64,000 nucleotides of DNA from an uncultured Ruminiclostridium sp. (lineage in GTDB: Bacteria; Bacillota; Clostridia; Oscillospirales; Ruminococcaceae). Position numbers and translations under genes: made by a program. The notes under the pieces are model-generated. The model was not told the origin of the DNA. It was given only the letters and a program-made list of their open reading frames with translations, and did not search any database. This document shows positions 47,461 to 57,705 of this stretch, one piece after another. Position 1 is the first letter of the stretch; each line of letters opens with the position of its first letter. The stretch is taken from contig CATLBH010000007.1 in the NCBI GenBank assembly GCA_949878745.1, forward strand, positions 276-64,275, written 5' to 3'.

Positions 47461-49209
47461 ATGGCTTTTGATAATAATAAACTTGGAGAGTTACGTCCAA
47501 ACCAGATCATAACCACCTTTGGTCCCGGCTCGGTAGTCGATGCGGTAAAGGACTCGGTTACGATTCTTGACATCTCCTACTGGAAACAGAAGGGACAAAA
47601 AATAATCGACGGCAGACTTGCATCATATTTAGGTGTCGATTGTTTCTATATGCCCCGGACAAGTTTTTCGGGCGATGTGCCAGTTGTGACCTTTCCGTAC
47701 TGGCACGTATGCTCTAATTTAAAATGCGGAAAGCTGTTTGATGCCAGAAAGTATTTTGATTTAGATAAGTATCTCAAGTATGGCGTCACTTGTCCTGAGT
47801 GTCATCGTCCTGCCTATCCGTCCCGTTTCATCACGATCTGCGAGGACGGTCATATGTCTGACTTCCCTTGGAAGTGGTGGGTGCACAGAGGCGAGTCCGA
47901 TTGCAACGGTACCTTAAAAATGTATTCAACAGGCAACACTTCCACTCTTGCGGATATGTGGGTAGAATGCTCCTGCGGTGCGAAACGCAGTATGAGCGGA
48001 GCAACACAGCGAGATAATTTTGACGGCGTTGCCTGCCCCGGCCATCATCCGTTCAGACCGAATGTGAAAAACCATAAGTGCAACAAGCCCATCATTCCTT
48101 CACAGCGTGGTGCGTCTAATGTTTACTTCGCTGTGAGCCGGAGTGCAATCTCTATTCCGCCGTGGATCAATCCACTGTATAACTTAATCGATGAGCATCT
48201 TCGTGATATCGAGCTTGCAAAGCAACTTATGGGAGATGATGGAATAACCAAAATATATGAAATGTATTTCTCTGCTTATTCGAGGGATGAGTTTGATGAG
48301 GCACTTGAGCGTCGCATGAGCAACATCAAGGAGTTCACTGAAATCAAGCAGATGGAATACAATGCTATTACTCACCACAATGACCCTGCATATGAGTCAA
48401 ACAAGAAGCACTTCAAGGCTGAAGAGGATGCGTTACCCGGATATTTGCAGAAATATTTCAGCCGCATAATCCGAGTGACCAGACTTAGAGAGGTTCGTGT
48501 TCTTCTGGGATTTACAAGAGTCGATGCTCCCGATCCGGATGCAGATGAGCAGCCGAATGTTGTGGCGTTAAGCAAGGGTAAGCAGGAACGCTGGCTACCT
48601 GCGGCGGAAGTAAATGGAGAAGGCATCTTCATAGAGTTTAACAAAGATACGCTTGCGGCGTGGCTCAATTCACCGGCAGTGAAAGGCTTATCAGAAAAGT
48701 ATTCTGACTCCTACAGGGAGTTTTGCGAGTCAAAAGGCTGGACGATTACGGTCGTAAAAAATGCGGTTTATGTTCTTATGCACACCTTTGCTCACTTTAT
48801 GATTAAGCAGATGTCTATGTCATCGGGCTATTCTTCTTCGGCTATTAGAGAAAGAATCTATTTTGGAGATAAAATGGTCGGCATTCTGTTATACACAGGA
48901 AGTTCCGATAAGGAAGGCTCACTTGGTGGTCTGGTTGAACTTGGAAATATCGATCAGATGACGAATCTCATGAGAGACGCTTTCCAAGAGGCTCTTGTTT
49001 GTACGAATGACCCGGAATGCATGAGTAATTTGCCTGCTGGCAAAAACTCAAACGGAGCTGCCTGCCATTCATGCTGCATGATATCTGAAACGGCGTGCGA
49101 GAATGGAAATAGAATGCTTGACCGTGGGCTTGTTGTTCCTATTCCGGGACGCGAGGAATGCTCATATTTTAAGGAATTAGTAGGTGACTTATGCCAGGTG
49201 GAAATCTAA
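47461..49209 (+). CDS. drmB: DISARM DrmB (DUF1998 domain); probable start MAFD at 47461
   Basis: LRPNQIITTFGPGS, PSRF..ICEDGH, MHTFAH, GSLGGLV, C..DP.C...ACHSC....E..C metal motif. Confidence 0.9.
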   Translation: MAFDNNKLGELRPNQIITTFGPGSVVDAVKDSVTILDISYWKQKGQKIIDGRLASYLGVDCFYMPRTSFSGDVPVVTFPYWHVCSNLKCGKLFDARKYFDLDKYLKYGVTCPECHRPAYPSRFITICEDGHMSDFPWKWWVHRGESDCNGTLKMYSTGNTSTLADMWVECSCGAKRSMSGATQRDNFDGVACPGHHPFRPNVKNHKCNKPIIPSQRGASNVYFAVSRSAISIPPWINPLYNLIDEHLRDIELAKQLMGDDGITKIYEMYFSAYSRDEFDEALERRMSNIKEFTEIKQMEYNAITHHNDPAYESNKKHFKAEEDALPGYLQKYFSRIIRVTRLREVRVLLGFTRVDAPDPDADEQPNVVALSKGKQERWLPAAEVNGEGIFIEFNKDTLAAWLNSPAVKGLSEKYSDSYREFCESKGWTITVVKNAVYVLMHTFAHFMIKQMSMSSGYSSSAIRERIYFGDKMVGILLYTGSSDKEGSLGGLVELGNIDQMTNLMRDAFQEALVCTNDPECMSNLPAGKNSNGAACHSCCMISETACENGNRMLDRGLVVPIPGREECSYFKELVGDLCQVEI

Positions 49210-49850
49210 ACAAAGAGATATTCTTGAATACGGTCAAAAGCGATGTGGCAAATGGAACGACTAATGCCGCATCTATGCTAAAGCGAAGCTGCCCGGAATT
49301 ATCCGATGCACATTGTGAGGATATCATAGGAACGGTTCTTGGTGCTATGAATATGTCCGAAGCGGACAAGGTGTCGCTTGTGGTCACAGCACCTCCATCT
49401 TTTTCTATCAATGCGAGAACTACAATGAATGTGGTTCAGTCCATGATAAACGGAGCAGAAAAGAATATCTTGATTACGGGATACTCCTTATCCTCATACT
49501 TTTCAGAATTGGTCGATACAATCGTTCTTAAAAGCCAGCGAGGTGTATTCGTGAAGTTCTTTGTGAATGACATTGATAAGCAGCCAGGATTTGATAAGAT
49601 ACTGCGCTATAAAGGACGATTCCTGAAAATCTATAACTATCACCAGGAAGACGATAAGATGGCCGCGCTTCATGCAAAGGTAATCTCGGTTGATCAGCAA
49701 CAGACGCTAATAACTTCGGCAAACTTATCCTATCATGGGCAGCAAGGAAATATTGAATTTGGTACATTTATAGAATCTTCTAAAATTGCCTATCAAGTTG
49801 ATAATATATTCACAAAACTGCTTTTTGCAAACCTATTTCATGAGGTATAA
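49191..49850 (+). CDS. drmC: DISARM DrmC phospholipase-D-family nuclease
   Basis: HAKVISVD (HKD motif), TSANLS, NIEFG. Confidence 0.85.
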   Translation: MPGGNLNKEIFLNTVKSDVANGTTNAASMLKRSCPELSDAHCEDIIGTVLGAMNMSEADKVSLVVTAPPSFSINARTTMNVVQSMINGAEKNILITGYSLSSYFSELVDTIVLKSQRGVFVKFFVNDIDKQPGFDKILRYKGRFLKIYNYHQEDDKMAALHAKVISVDQQQTLITSANLSYHGQQGNIEFGTFIESSKIAYQVDNIFTKLLFANLFHEV

Positions 49851-49989
49851 TCACATTTATCCCAAATGAGAAATACTGCAAAGGTTAATATCATCATATA
49901 TCCATTTTATTGAATGATTTAAATAATAAGGTATCAGATGCGTACCCCACCTAAAGTACCGAAACGGTAGTCGAGATACAGGAGGATAA

Positions 49990-50787
49990 ATGTCAGACCT
50001 ATTTAATGAAGAAGAAATAACCTTGGACACGCTCAGAGCATACTTCCACGAAAATGACTTCTCTACCCTGCCCGTGAAAGACCCGTCCGAATACACCGAG
50101 AAGCAGCTGAAACTCTATAACAGGGTGCTACGGATCGTGAACGCAGAGTGGAAATCGATCTCGAAGTCATTAGGTCTGACACACCCGCAGGACTGCTACT
50201 CAAAGGATTTCCCTCCCGAACTTATCCGAGACCGTGTTCAGCGAATAATCGCGGATAATGTTGTCAAGCTTTGCAACAATAAAAGAACATTTTGGAAAAT
50301 GCTTTGGCATTTTATTGTTCCGATGTTCTTGAAAAGGAAAAATAGCGATGAAGCGCTACACAATACAACGAACGCGCTTATGCAGACACTGGATATTGAG
50401 GGCTTATCAAAATCCGCGAGGGAGTTTTCGTGTGACGAGGACTTCAACCCGAATAAATCCATAAATTATCCTCGAATGGATCACATCAAAAAATGGAACC
50501 ACACTCGCGCAAAAATGAAAGTCGAATCCTTGGACGAAATATCAGAGCGTTCTCCGAACGGAGAACCGCCGCAGATTCCCGACAAAACAAATATCGAAAC
50601 CGCAGCGGACATACATATCCTTATCAAAAATCTGGTCGACAGCGCCTCCGAACAGGAGCGGGAGATCATCGACTTGCTGTCCGAGGGGTATACCCAAAGC
50701 GAGATCGCTGAACGACTTGGCGTTTCCCAGAGTACGATCTCGCGTAAAATCAAAAAATTCAAGAGTTTCTTATCAGCCGGCGTATGA
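49990..50787 (+). CDS. Protein with a C-terminal sigma70-region-4/LuxR-type HTH, copy 1
   Basis: SEQEREIIDLLSEGYTQSEIAERLGVSQSTISRKIKK; GGAGG RBS. Confidence 0.75.
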   Translation: MSDLFNEEEITLDTLRAYFHENDFSTLPVKDPSEYTEKQLKLYNRVLRIVNAEWKSISKSLGLTHPQDCYSKDFPPELIRDRVQRIIADNVVKLCNNKRTFWKMLWHFIVPMFLKRKNSDEALHNTTNALMQTLDIEGLSKSAREFSCDEDFNPNKSINYPRMDHIKKWNHTRAKMKVESLDEISERSPNGEPPQIPDKTNIETAADIHILIKNLVDSASEQEREIIDLLSEGYTQSEIAERLGVSQSTISRKIKKFKSFLSAGV

Positions 50788-50813
50788 TTTTGCATCGGCT
50801 GATTTCCTGTTTT

Positions 50814-52028
50814 TTACAGCCTGTCGCTCAGGAGAAAATCCGTCAAATGAATGATCTTTACGCCGTTGACATTGCCGCCCGCAAGTTCGTCGAGCGTCAC
50901 TACATACTTCGGGTAGTGATCCTTTATATCCAGAAGATTTCCTATCTCACGATCCGAATCCTCGGGAAGATTGCGGCACACCTGAACATACACCCTCTCA
51001 TCACGCCGTACAGCCACAAAGTCGATCTCCCGTGTGCTGAGCTTTCCGATATACACCTCATACCCTCGTCTCAGCAACTCAAAATAAACTATATTTTCAA
51101 GCATTGAAGCAATTGATTTAGGGTTAAATCCCATTATGCAGTATTTCAGCGACGCGTCGGCGAGGTAGAACTTCTCCTGCGTTTTCAAAACGGACTTTCC
51201 TTGCAGATCATAACGCTGACAGCGGTAGATCACAAACGCCTTTTCCAGCCATTCAAGATAATTGTAAACTGCCTCGACTGAAAGGGAGCGCCCCTCTCCT
51301 TTCAAAAATTTCACGATAGCGTTTGCGGAAAACGACTTTCCGACATTCTCAACAATATATTTTACCACACGATTGAACAGATCAATATTTGTTACATTGT
51401 GTCGTCTGGAAATATCGTTCGTGATTACAGAGGTATAAATTCCCTCTACTATCTGATATGCGGAACGGTCATCAAAATTCCCGAGTGCGACTATCGGGAA
51501 CCCGCCAGTCCGAATATATTCGTTCAGCAGTTCTTTTTCGGAACTCCCGCTTGACTTTTTGAAATCAAGATATTCGGCAAAGGACAGCGTGAACACGGGT
51601 ATCGAAATATATCTTCCGGTCAGATATGTTGAGATCTCGCTTGACATCAGCTTTGAATTTGATCCCGTGACATAAATATCGGTATTCTCGTTTTCGAGCA
51701 GACTGTTTACCGCCTTTTCCCAACCGTCGATCTCCTGAACCTCATCGAGCAAAATATAATACCGGTCTTTGTCGGCCATTTTCTCCTTGATCACATCGTG
51801 CATACCTCTGTCGGTCATATCGTCGTCCACATACTCGGAGGTATACCGTTCAAATATTATGTGATCTTCGGGAATGCCGCTGCTTTTCAGGTCATTGTGC
51901 AGCATTTCTAAAATCGTTGACTTTCCGCAGCGGCGAACGCCCGCCAATATCTTTACTAACGGGATGTCTCTGTACGTTTTCAGCATTTTCATATAATGCG
52001 GTCTGATAATCATATTATCACTCCTCAT
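50814..52028 (-). CDS. AAA_14 ATPase with DUF4143 domain, copy 1
   Basis: GVRRCGKS, LDEVQ, YVTGSN, LTGRY, ENIVY..L, EIDFV..VYVQV. Confidence 0.88.
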   Translation of the reverse strand: MRSDNMIIRPHYMKMLKTYRDIPLVKILAGVRRCGKSTILEMLHNDLKSSGIPEDHIIFERYTSEYVDDDMTDRGMHDVIKEKMADKDRYYILLDEVQEIDGWEKAVNSLLENENTDIYVTGSNSKLMSSEISTYLTGRYISIPVFTLSFAEYLDFKKSSGSSEKELLNEYIRTGGFPIVALGNFDDRSAYQIVEGIYTSVITNDISRRHNVTNIDLFNRVVKYIVENVGKSFSANAIVKFLKGEGRSLSVEAVYNYLEWLEKAFVIYRCQRYDLQGKSVLKTQEKFYLADASLKYCIMGFNPKSIASMLENIVYFELLRRGYEVYIGKLSTREIDFVAVRRDERVYVQVCRNLPEDSDREIGNLLDIKDHYPKYVVTLDELAGGNVNGVKIIHLTDFLLSDRL

Positions 52029-52121
52029 TACATATTATACCCAAAAACTTTTAAAATGTCAATTGTTTTTGCTGAAATTCCCTAAAAACTTATTATAATT
52101 TCAGCTTTTTTAATTTCCCGC

Positions 52122-52185
52122 TTGACTTTTTAAATTAAATGTGATACAATAAAATCAAATCACGATTTACTAAATCTAAATTAGA
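52122..52185 (+). promoter_or_regulatory. sigmaA promoter with downstream palindromic operator
   Basis: TTGACT-17 nt-TACAAT, then aaatcacgattt and atctaaattagat IRs; operator repeated near 56993-57025. Confidence 0.6.
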
Positions 52186-52202
52186 TGTTCAGGAGAGCTG
52201 TT

Positions 52203-53660
52203 ATGTTTATAGGCAGAGAAAGCGAGCTTAACTTTTTAGAGGACAAGTATTCTCAGGCGGGCGGTCAGCTTGTGGTTCTGTACGGCAGACGGCGTGTCGG
52301 AAAAACTGAAACGCTGCGACAGTTTTGCAAGGGCAAACCGCACGTCTTTTTCTCATGCCGTGAGTGTGGTGATATGATGCAGCTTAAAGCGTTTTCCGAA
52401 AAAATGCTGAAAGAGAAAATCCCGGCTGCCGCGTACATTACGGAATTTGCGGATTGGGAAAAGGCGTTTCGTTCGGTATCTGATCTGCCTTACGGAAATC
52501 AAAAGCGTTTGCTTGTGATCGATGAATTCCCGTATATGTGCAGGGGAAATGCCGCTATTCCATCAACGCTGCAAAATCTTTGGGATGAGTTCTTAAAGGA
52601 TGAGAACGTGATGATCATTCTTTGCGGCAGTGCAATGAGCTTCATTGAAAAGGACTTACTTTCAGAGAAAAATCCTCTTTACGGCAGAGCCACGGGAATT
52701 TACAAAATGACCGAAATGGGATTTTATGACGCTATAAAATTCTTTCCGAATTATTCCGATAGAGATAAGGTGCTTGCGTATTCCGTGCTCGGCGGAATAC
52801 CGCATTATTTAAGACAGTTCGACAACAAGCTCTCTCTTGCGGAAAATATTAAAAAAAATATTCTTACAAAGGGCTGTGCGCTATACAGCGAGGTTGAGTT
52901 TCTGCTGCGGCAGGAGCTGCGCGAAACTCCGCTTTATAATTCGGTCATTGAGGCGGTGGCTCTAGGAAACACAAGGTTGAACGACATAAGTATGAAGTCG
53001 CTTATCGAGGATACTTCAAAGACAAGCGTGTATCTGAAAAATCTTATCGAGCTTGGGATCGTGCAGCGTGAGTTTTCCGTGTCCGAAAGCGTTAAGGAAA
53101 AAGCGAACACTAATCGCGGTCTGTACAAACTGACCGATAACTTTTTCCGTTTTTGGTACGCGTTTGTGTTCACGAATTACTCCGAGCTGGAAGCGGGTGA
53201 TGTGGACGGCGTATACAAGTACTCCGTTGAACCAAGTCTGCATGAGTTCGCGGCGGCGGTGTTCGAGGATATTTGCCGTGAGTATGTTCGCGAGCTGCAA
53301 AAAGCGGACGCCTTGCCGTTCCGCTATTCAAAAATCGGTCGCTGGTGGGGCAAGACGACCGTAAGAAATAAGGATTCCGCTCGTCAAGCCGAATCCGAGA
53401 TAGATATTTTAGCAACCTCAAAAGACATGAGCAAATATCTGGTTGGTGAGTGCAAGTTCAAAAATCAACCGTTCAGATACTCTGAGCTTTTGGATACCAA
53501 GGCAAAGCTGATCTCGCAACAGGAGCGCGCGGAGTTTTATTACTATCTCTTCTCCGAATCGGGATTTGACGAGAAAATTGTCGAGGCGGCAAGCTCAGAT
53601 AGCAGAATTACTCTCTGTGATTTAGCGGATATTGTTTCGTGCAAAACTTCTATAAAATAA
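52203..53660 (+). CDS. Archaeal-type ATPase with DUF234 / PD-(D/E)xK C-terminus; probable start MFIG
   Basis: FIGRESEL, YGRRRVGKT, IDEFPY, LCGS, PLYGR, EIDIL..VGECKF. Confidence 0.88.
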   Translation: MFIGRESELNFLEDKYSQAGGQLVVLYGRRRVGKTETLRQFCKGKPHVFFSCRECGDMMQLKAFSEKMLKEKIPAAAYITEFADWEKAFRSVSDLPYGNQKRLLVIDEFPYMCRGNAAIPSTLQNLWDEFLKDENVMIILCGSAMSFIEKDLLSEKNPLYGRATGIYKMTEMGFYDAIKFFPNYSDRDKVLAYSVLGGIPHYLRQFDNKLSLAENIKKNILTKGCALYSEVEFLLRQELRETPLYNSVIEAVALGNTRLNDISMKSLIEDTSKTSVYLKNLIELGIVQREFSVSESVKEKANTNRGLYKLTDNFFRFWYAFVFTNYSELEAGDVDGVYKYSVEPSLHEFAAAVFEDICREYVRELQKADALPFRYSKIGRWWGKTTVRNKDSARQAESEIDILATSKDMSKYLVGECKFKNQPFRYSELLDTKAKLISQQERAEFYYYLFSESGFDEKIVEAASSDSRITLCDLADIVSCKTSIK

Positions 53661-53813
53661 AAGCGAACTTTGTGCAATCCTACAAACTTTAAAAATCCTA
53701 TTTTCGTGTGCATAAAACCATTTCCTTGTGTCGGTAGGTATATAGAGGGCAATCCCGTCGTTATTCGGCGGGATTTTGTTTTTGGAAAATTTATTTGACA
53801 GGAGGACAAGTTA

Positions 53814-54776
53814 TTGAACGAACTAAAAACAGTAAACTGCGAACAGCTGATGACCACACCGCTCAAACCTATTGAATTCTGCGTTGACGGAATGATTTCA
53901 ACAGGACTGTTCATCTTGGCGGGAGCGCCAAAGGTCGGGAAGTCATGGCTGGCACTCGACATGGCTCTTGGTATTGCGAAAGGAGAAAAAGTGCTTGGGC
54001 GGGAAACGAAACAGGGTACGGCACTATACACAATAGCAGATAACATGTCAATTCGAAAATTCATAGAAAAAATGAGTTTGTGGGTAAAAGCTCCAGACGG
54101 TACAAAAATTCCTGTCAACAAAGATACAATAATTGGTCTGGATGATAATAATGATTTTCTGCTTTCCAGAAAGCAAATACTCACATCAAAAATTGCTATA
54201 TTAGAGCAACAAATTGAAAAGCTAAGGAATATGATTTATTATCAATCTCAGCAACCTACTACAGAGACATTGATAGACGCTTTTGATAAAAACTTATCCC
54301 AAATCGCAATTGATGCTAAAGCGGTTACAAATATTCTAAATGAGTTGCTTGAACGCCAGACTGAAGTGCGGAGACAATTGACTGAATTGGTCCAAAACAA
54401 CAACGCTATTCTTGAACAAATGTATTTGGACATTTCCTCATATGGTGCCGAACTTGGTTTAACGAAATATATGTCTTCTGGAAAAGGATTCGTATTTACA
54501 CGAAATCTGAAAGAATTAACAGGTGCAACTCTAATGAAGATGGTTTTTGCATTTAAAATGGCATATATTCGTGCTGTAGATAGAGCGCTCAACATAAAAC
54601 TCCCTTTAATACTTGATTCTCCATCAGGAAAGGAACTTGATCAATATAATATTCAAAAACTTATGGATATTATTAATCGTGATTTCTCAACACATCAAAT
54701 TATTGTTGCTTCAATTTACTACTATAAGTTAAACAATCTTACAACAATAGAGATGAAGCAACGCGTTGTATTATAA
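53814..54776 (+). pseudogene. Chimera: AAA_25 N-terminus fused in frame to the C-terminus of an SMC/ABC-type ATPase
   Basis: First ~72 aa match the 57268 ORF (GAPKVGKS); after ~54029 coiled coil then LTGA, PLILDSP, HQIIVAS. Confidence 0.7.
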
Positions 54777-54834
54777 ATAGCTATATAGTGATTGCATATG
54801 CAAATATATTTCAAATTGCTTGATAGGAGGACAA

Positions 54835-55632
54835 ATGTCAGACCTATTTAATGAAGAAGAAATAACCATGGACAACCTCAGGGAATACTTCCACAACAAC
54901 GACTTCTCTACCCTGCCTGTGAAAGACCCGTCCGAATACACCGAGAAGCAGCTTAAGCTCTACAGCAGAGTGTTGAAAATTGTCAATGCGGAGTGGAGAA
55001 CGATCTCGAAATCGCTTGGTCTGACACACCCGCAGGACTGCTACTCAAAAGACTATCCTCCTGAGCTTATCAGAGATCGGACTCAGCGTATCATTGCGGA
55101 TAATGTTGTTAAACTCTGCGGCGATAAAAGAACTTTTTGGAATATGCTTTGGCACTTTATCGTCCCGATGTTCTTGAAAAGGAAAAATGGCGATGAAGCG
55201 CTACACAATACAACGAACGCGCTTATGCAGACACTGGATATTGAGGGATTATCGAAAACCTCAAAAGAGTTCTCATGTGACGAGGACTTCAACCCGAATA
55301 AATCCGTAAATTATCCTCGTATGGATCATATCAAAAAATGGAAGCACACTCGCGCAAAAGTGAAAGTCGAATCATTGGATGAACTGTCGGAGCATTCTCC
55401 GAACGGAGAACCGCTGCAGATTCCCGACAAAACAAATGTCGAAACCACGGCGGACATACATATCCTTATCGAAAATCTGATCGACAGCACCTCCGAACAG
55501 GAGCGCGAGATCATCAGCCTACTGTCCGAGGGGTACAACCAAAACGAGATCGCGAAGCGGCTCGGCATTTCCCAAAGCACGGTCTCGCGCAAGGTCAAAA
55601 AATTTAAAAGCTTCTTATCAGCCGGCGTATGA
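54835..55632 (+). CDS. sigma70-r4-like HTH protein, copy 2
   Basis: Near-identical to 49990-50787. Confidence 0.75.
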   Translation: MSDLFNEEEITMDNLREYFHNNDFSTLPVKDPSEYTEKQLKLYSRVLKIVNAEWRTISKSLGLTHPQDCYSKDYPPELIRDRTQRIIADNVVKLCGDKRTFWNMLWHFIVPMFLKRKNGDEALHNTTNALMQTLDIEGLSKTSKEFSCDEDFNPNKSVNYPRMDHIKKWKHTRAKVKVESLDELSEHSPNGEPLQIPDKTNVETTADIHILIENLIDSTSEQEREIISLLSEGYNQNEIAKRLGISQSTVSRKVKKFKSFLSAGV

Positions 55633-55659
55633 CTTCTCGTCGGCTGATGTCCTGTTTTT

Positions 55660-56874
55660 TTACAGCTTGTCGCTCAGGAGAAAATCCGACAAATGCACGA
55701 TCTTTACGCCGTTGACATTGCCGCCCGCAAGCTCGTCCAGCGTTACCACATACTTCGGGTAGTGATCTTTTATATCCAAAAGATTTTCTATCTCACGATC
55801 CGAATCCTCGGGAAGATTGCGGCATACCTGAACATACACCCGCTCATCGCGCCGCACTGCAACGAAATCGATCTCCCGTGTATTGTGCTTTCCGATATAC
55901 ACCTCATATCCCCGCCTAAGCAGCTCGAAATAAACTATATTCTCCAGCATTGAAGCAATTGACTTTGGGTTAAATCCCATTATACAGTATTTCAGCGACG
56001 CGTCGGCGAGATAGAATTTTTCCTGCGTTTTCAAAACCGACTTTCCTTGCAGATCATAACGCTGACAGCGGTAGATCACAAACGCCTTTTCCAGCCATTC
56101 AAGATAATTGTAAACTGCCTCGACCGAAAGTGAGCGTCCCTCACCTTTCAAAAATTTCACGATAGCGTTTGCGGAAAACGACTTTCCGACATTCTCAACA
56201 ATATATTTTACCACACGATTGAACAGATCAATATTTGTTACATTGTGCCGCCTGGAAATATCGTTTGTGATTACGGAGGTATAAATTCCCTCTACTATCT
56301 GATATGCGGAACGGTCGTCGAAATTTCCGAGCGCGACTATCGGGAACCCGCCCGTCCGAATATATTCGTTCAGAAGTTCTTTTTCGGAACCCCCGCTTGA
56401 CTTTTTGAAATCAAGATATTCGGCGAACGACAGTGTGAACACGGGTATAGAAATATATCTTCCGGTCAGATATGTTGAGATCTCGCTTGACATCAGCTTT
56501 GAATTCGATCCTGTGACATAAATATCGGTATTCTCATTTTCAAGCAGACTGTTTACCGCCTTTTCCCAGCCGTCGATTTCCTGAACCTCATCAAGCAAAA
56601 TATAATACCGATCTCCGTCGGTCATTTTCTCCCTGATGGCATCGTGCATACCTCTGTCGGTAATATCCTCGTCTATATACTCGGAGGTATACCGTTCAAA
56701 TATTATGTGATCATCGGGAACACCATCTTTTTTCAAGTCGTCGCGCAGCATATCTAAGATCGTTGACTTCCCGCAGCGGCGAACACCCGCCAATATTTTG
56801 ACCAGCGGAACATCTCTGTACGTTTTCAGCATTTTCATATAATGCGGTCGGATAATCATATCATCACTCCTCAT
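55660..56874 (-). CDS. AAA_14/DUF4143 ATPase, copy 2
   Basis: Near-identical to 50814-52028. Confidence 0.88.
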   Translation of the reverse strand: MRSDDMIIRPHYMKMLKTYRDVPLVKILAGVRRCGKSTILDMLRDDLKKDGVPDDHIIFERYTSEYIDEDITDRGMHDAIREKMTDGDRYYILLDEVQEIDGWEKAVNSLLENENTDIYVTGSNSKLMSSEISTYLTGRYISIPVFTLSFAEYLDFKKSSGGSEKELLNEYIRTGGFPIVALGNFDDRSAYQIVEGIYTSVITNDISRRHNVTNIDLFNRVVKYIVENVGKSFSANAIVKFLKGEGRSLSVEAVYNYLEWLEKAFVIYRCQRYDLQGKSVLKTQEKFYLADASLKYCIMGFNPKSIASMLENIVYFELLRRGYEVYIGKHNTREIDFVAVRRDERVYVQVCRNLPEDSDREIENLLDIKDHYPKYVVTLDELAGGNVNGVKIVHLSDFLLSDKL

Positions 56875-57267
56875 TACATATTATAACCAAAAACCTTTAA
56901 ATTGTCAATTGTTTTTGCCGAAATTCCGTAAAAACTTCTCGTCGATTTTACCTTTTTCTTTTCGACTGAATTTCCCGAGTAAATATGATAATATCAAATC
57001 ACGATTTACTAAATCTAAATTAGATATCGAGCAAGGCGGATTATGAACATAGATCGTAAATTTAGAGAGAAACTATGAGTAAATATAAATATATGCAAAA
57101 TTCCTATAATCGCATAACGAATTTTGTGCAATCCTACAAAATTTAAAAATCCTATTTTCGTGTGCATAAAATCTTTTTCTCGTGTCGGTAAGGTTATAGA
57201 GGGCAATCCCGTCGGTCATCGGCGGGATTTTGTTTTCGGAAAATTTATTTGACAGGGGGATAAGTTA

Positions 57268-57705
57268 TTGAACGAACTCAAAACAGTAAACTGCGAACAG
57301 CTGATGACCACACCGCTCAAACCGATTGAATTTTGTGTTGACGGTATGCTCTCAACTGGGCTTTTCATTCTGGCGGGAGCGCCAAAGGTTGGGAAGTCGT
57401 GGCTCGCGCTGGACATGGCACTCGGTATTGCGAAAGGAGAAAAGGTTCTCGGACGGCAAACCAAACGCGGAACCGCTCTCTATCTCTGTTTAGAGGACAG
57501 CTACACAAGAATTCAAAAACGCTTGTTTGATCTGACAAGCGAGCCGAGTGAAAATCTGCACTTTGCTATCATGGCTGGAACGCTCGGAGGCGTTCTGGAA
57601 AAGCAGATCGAAACATTCAGGTCACAGCACACAGACCTTAAAATTATTATCGTCGATACTTTGCAGAAAATCCGTTCAGGCGACGATACAACCACTTTGC
57701 CATAG
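57268..57705 (+). pseudogene. Truncated AAA_25 (RepA-like helicase/ATPase) fragment
   Basis: GAPKVGKS, LYLCLED, IIVDTLQKIR; ends shortly after Walker B at the junction with hsdR sequence. Confidence 0.75.
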
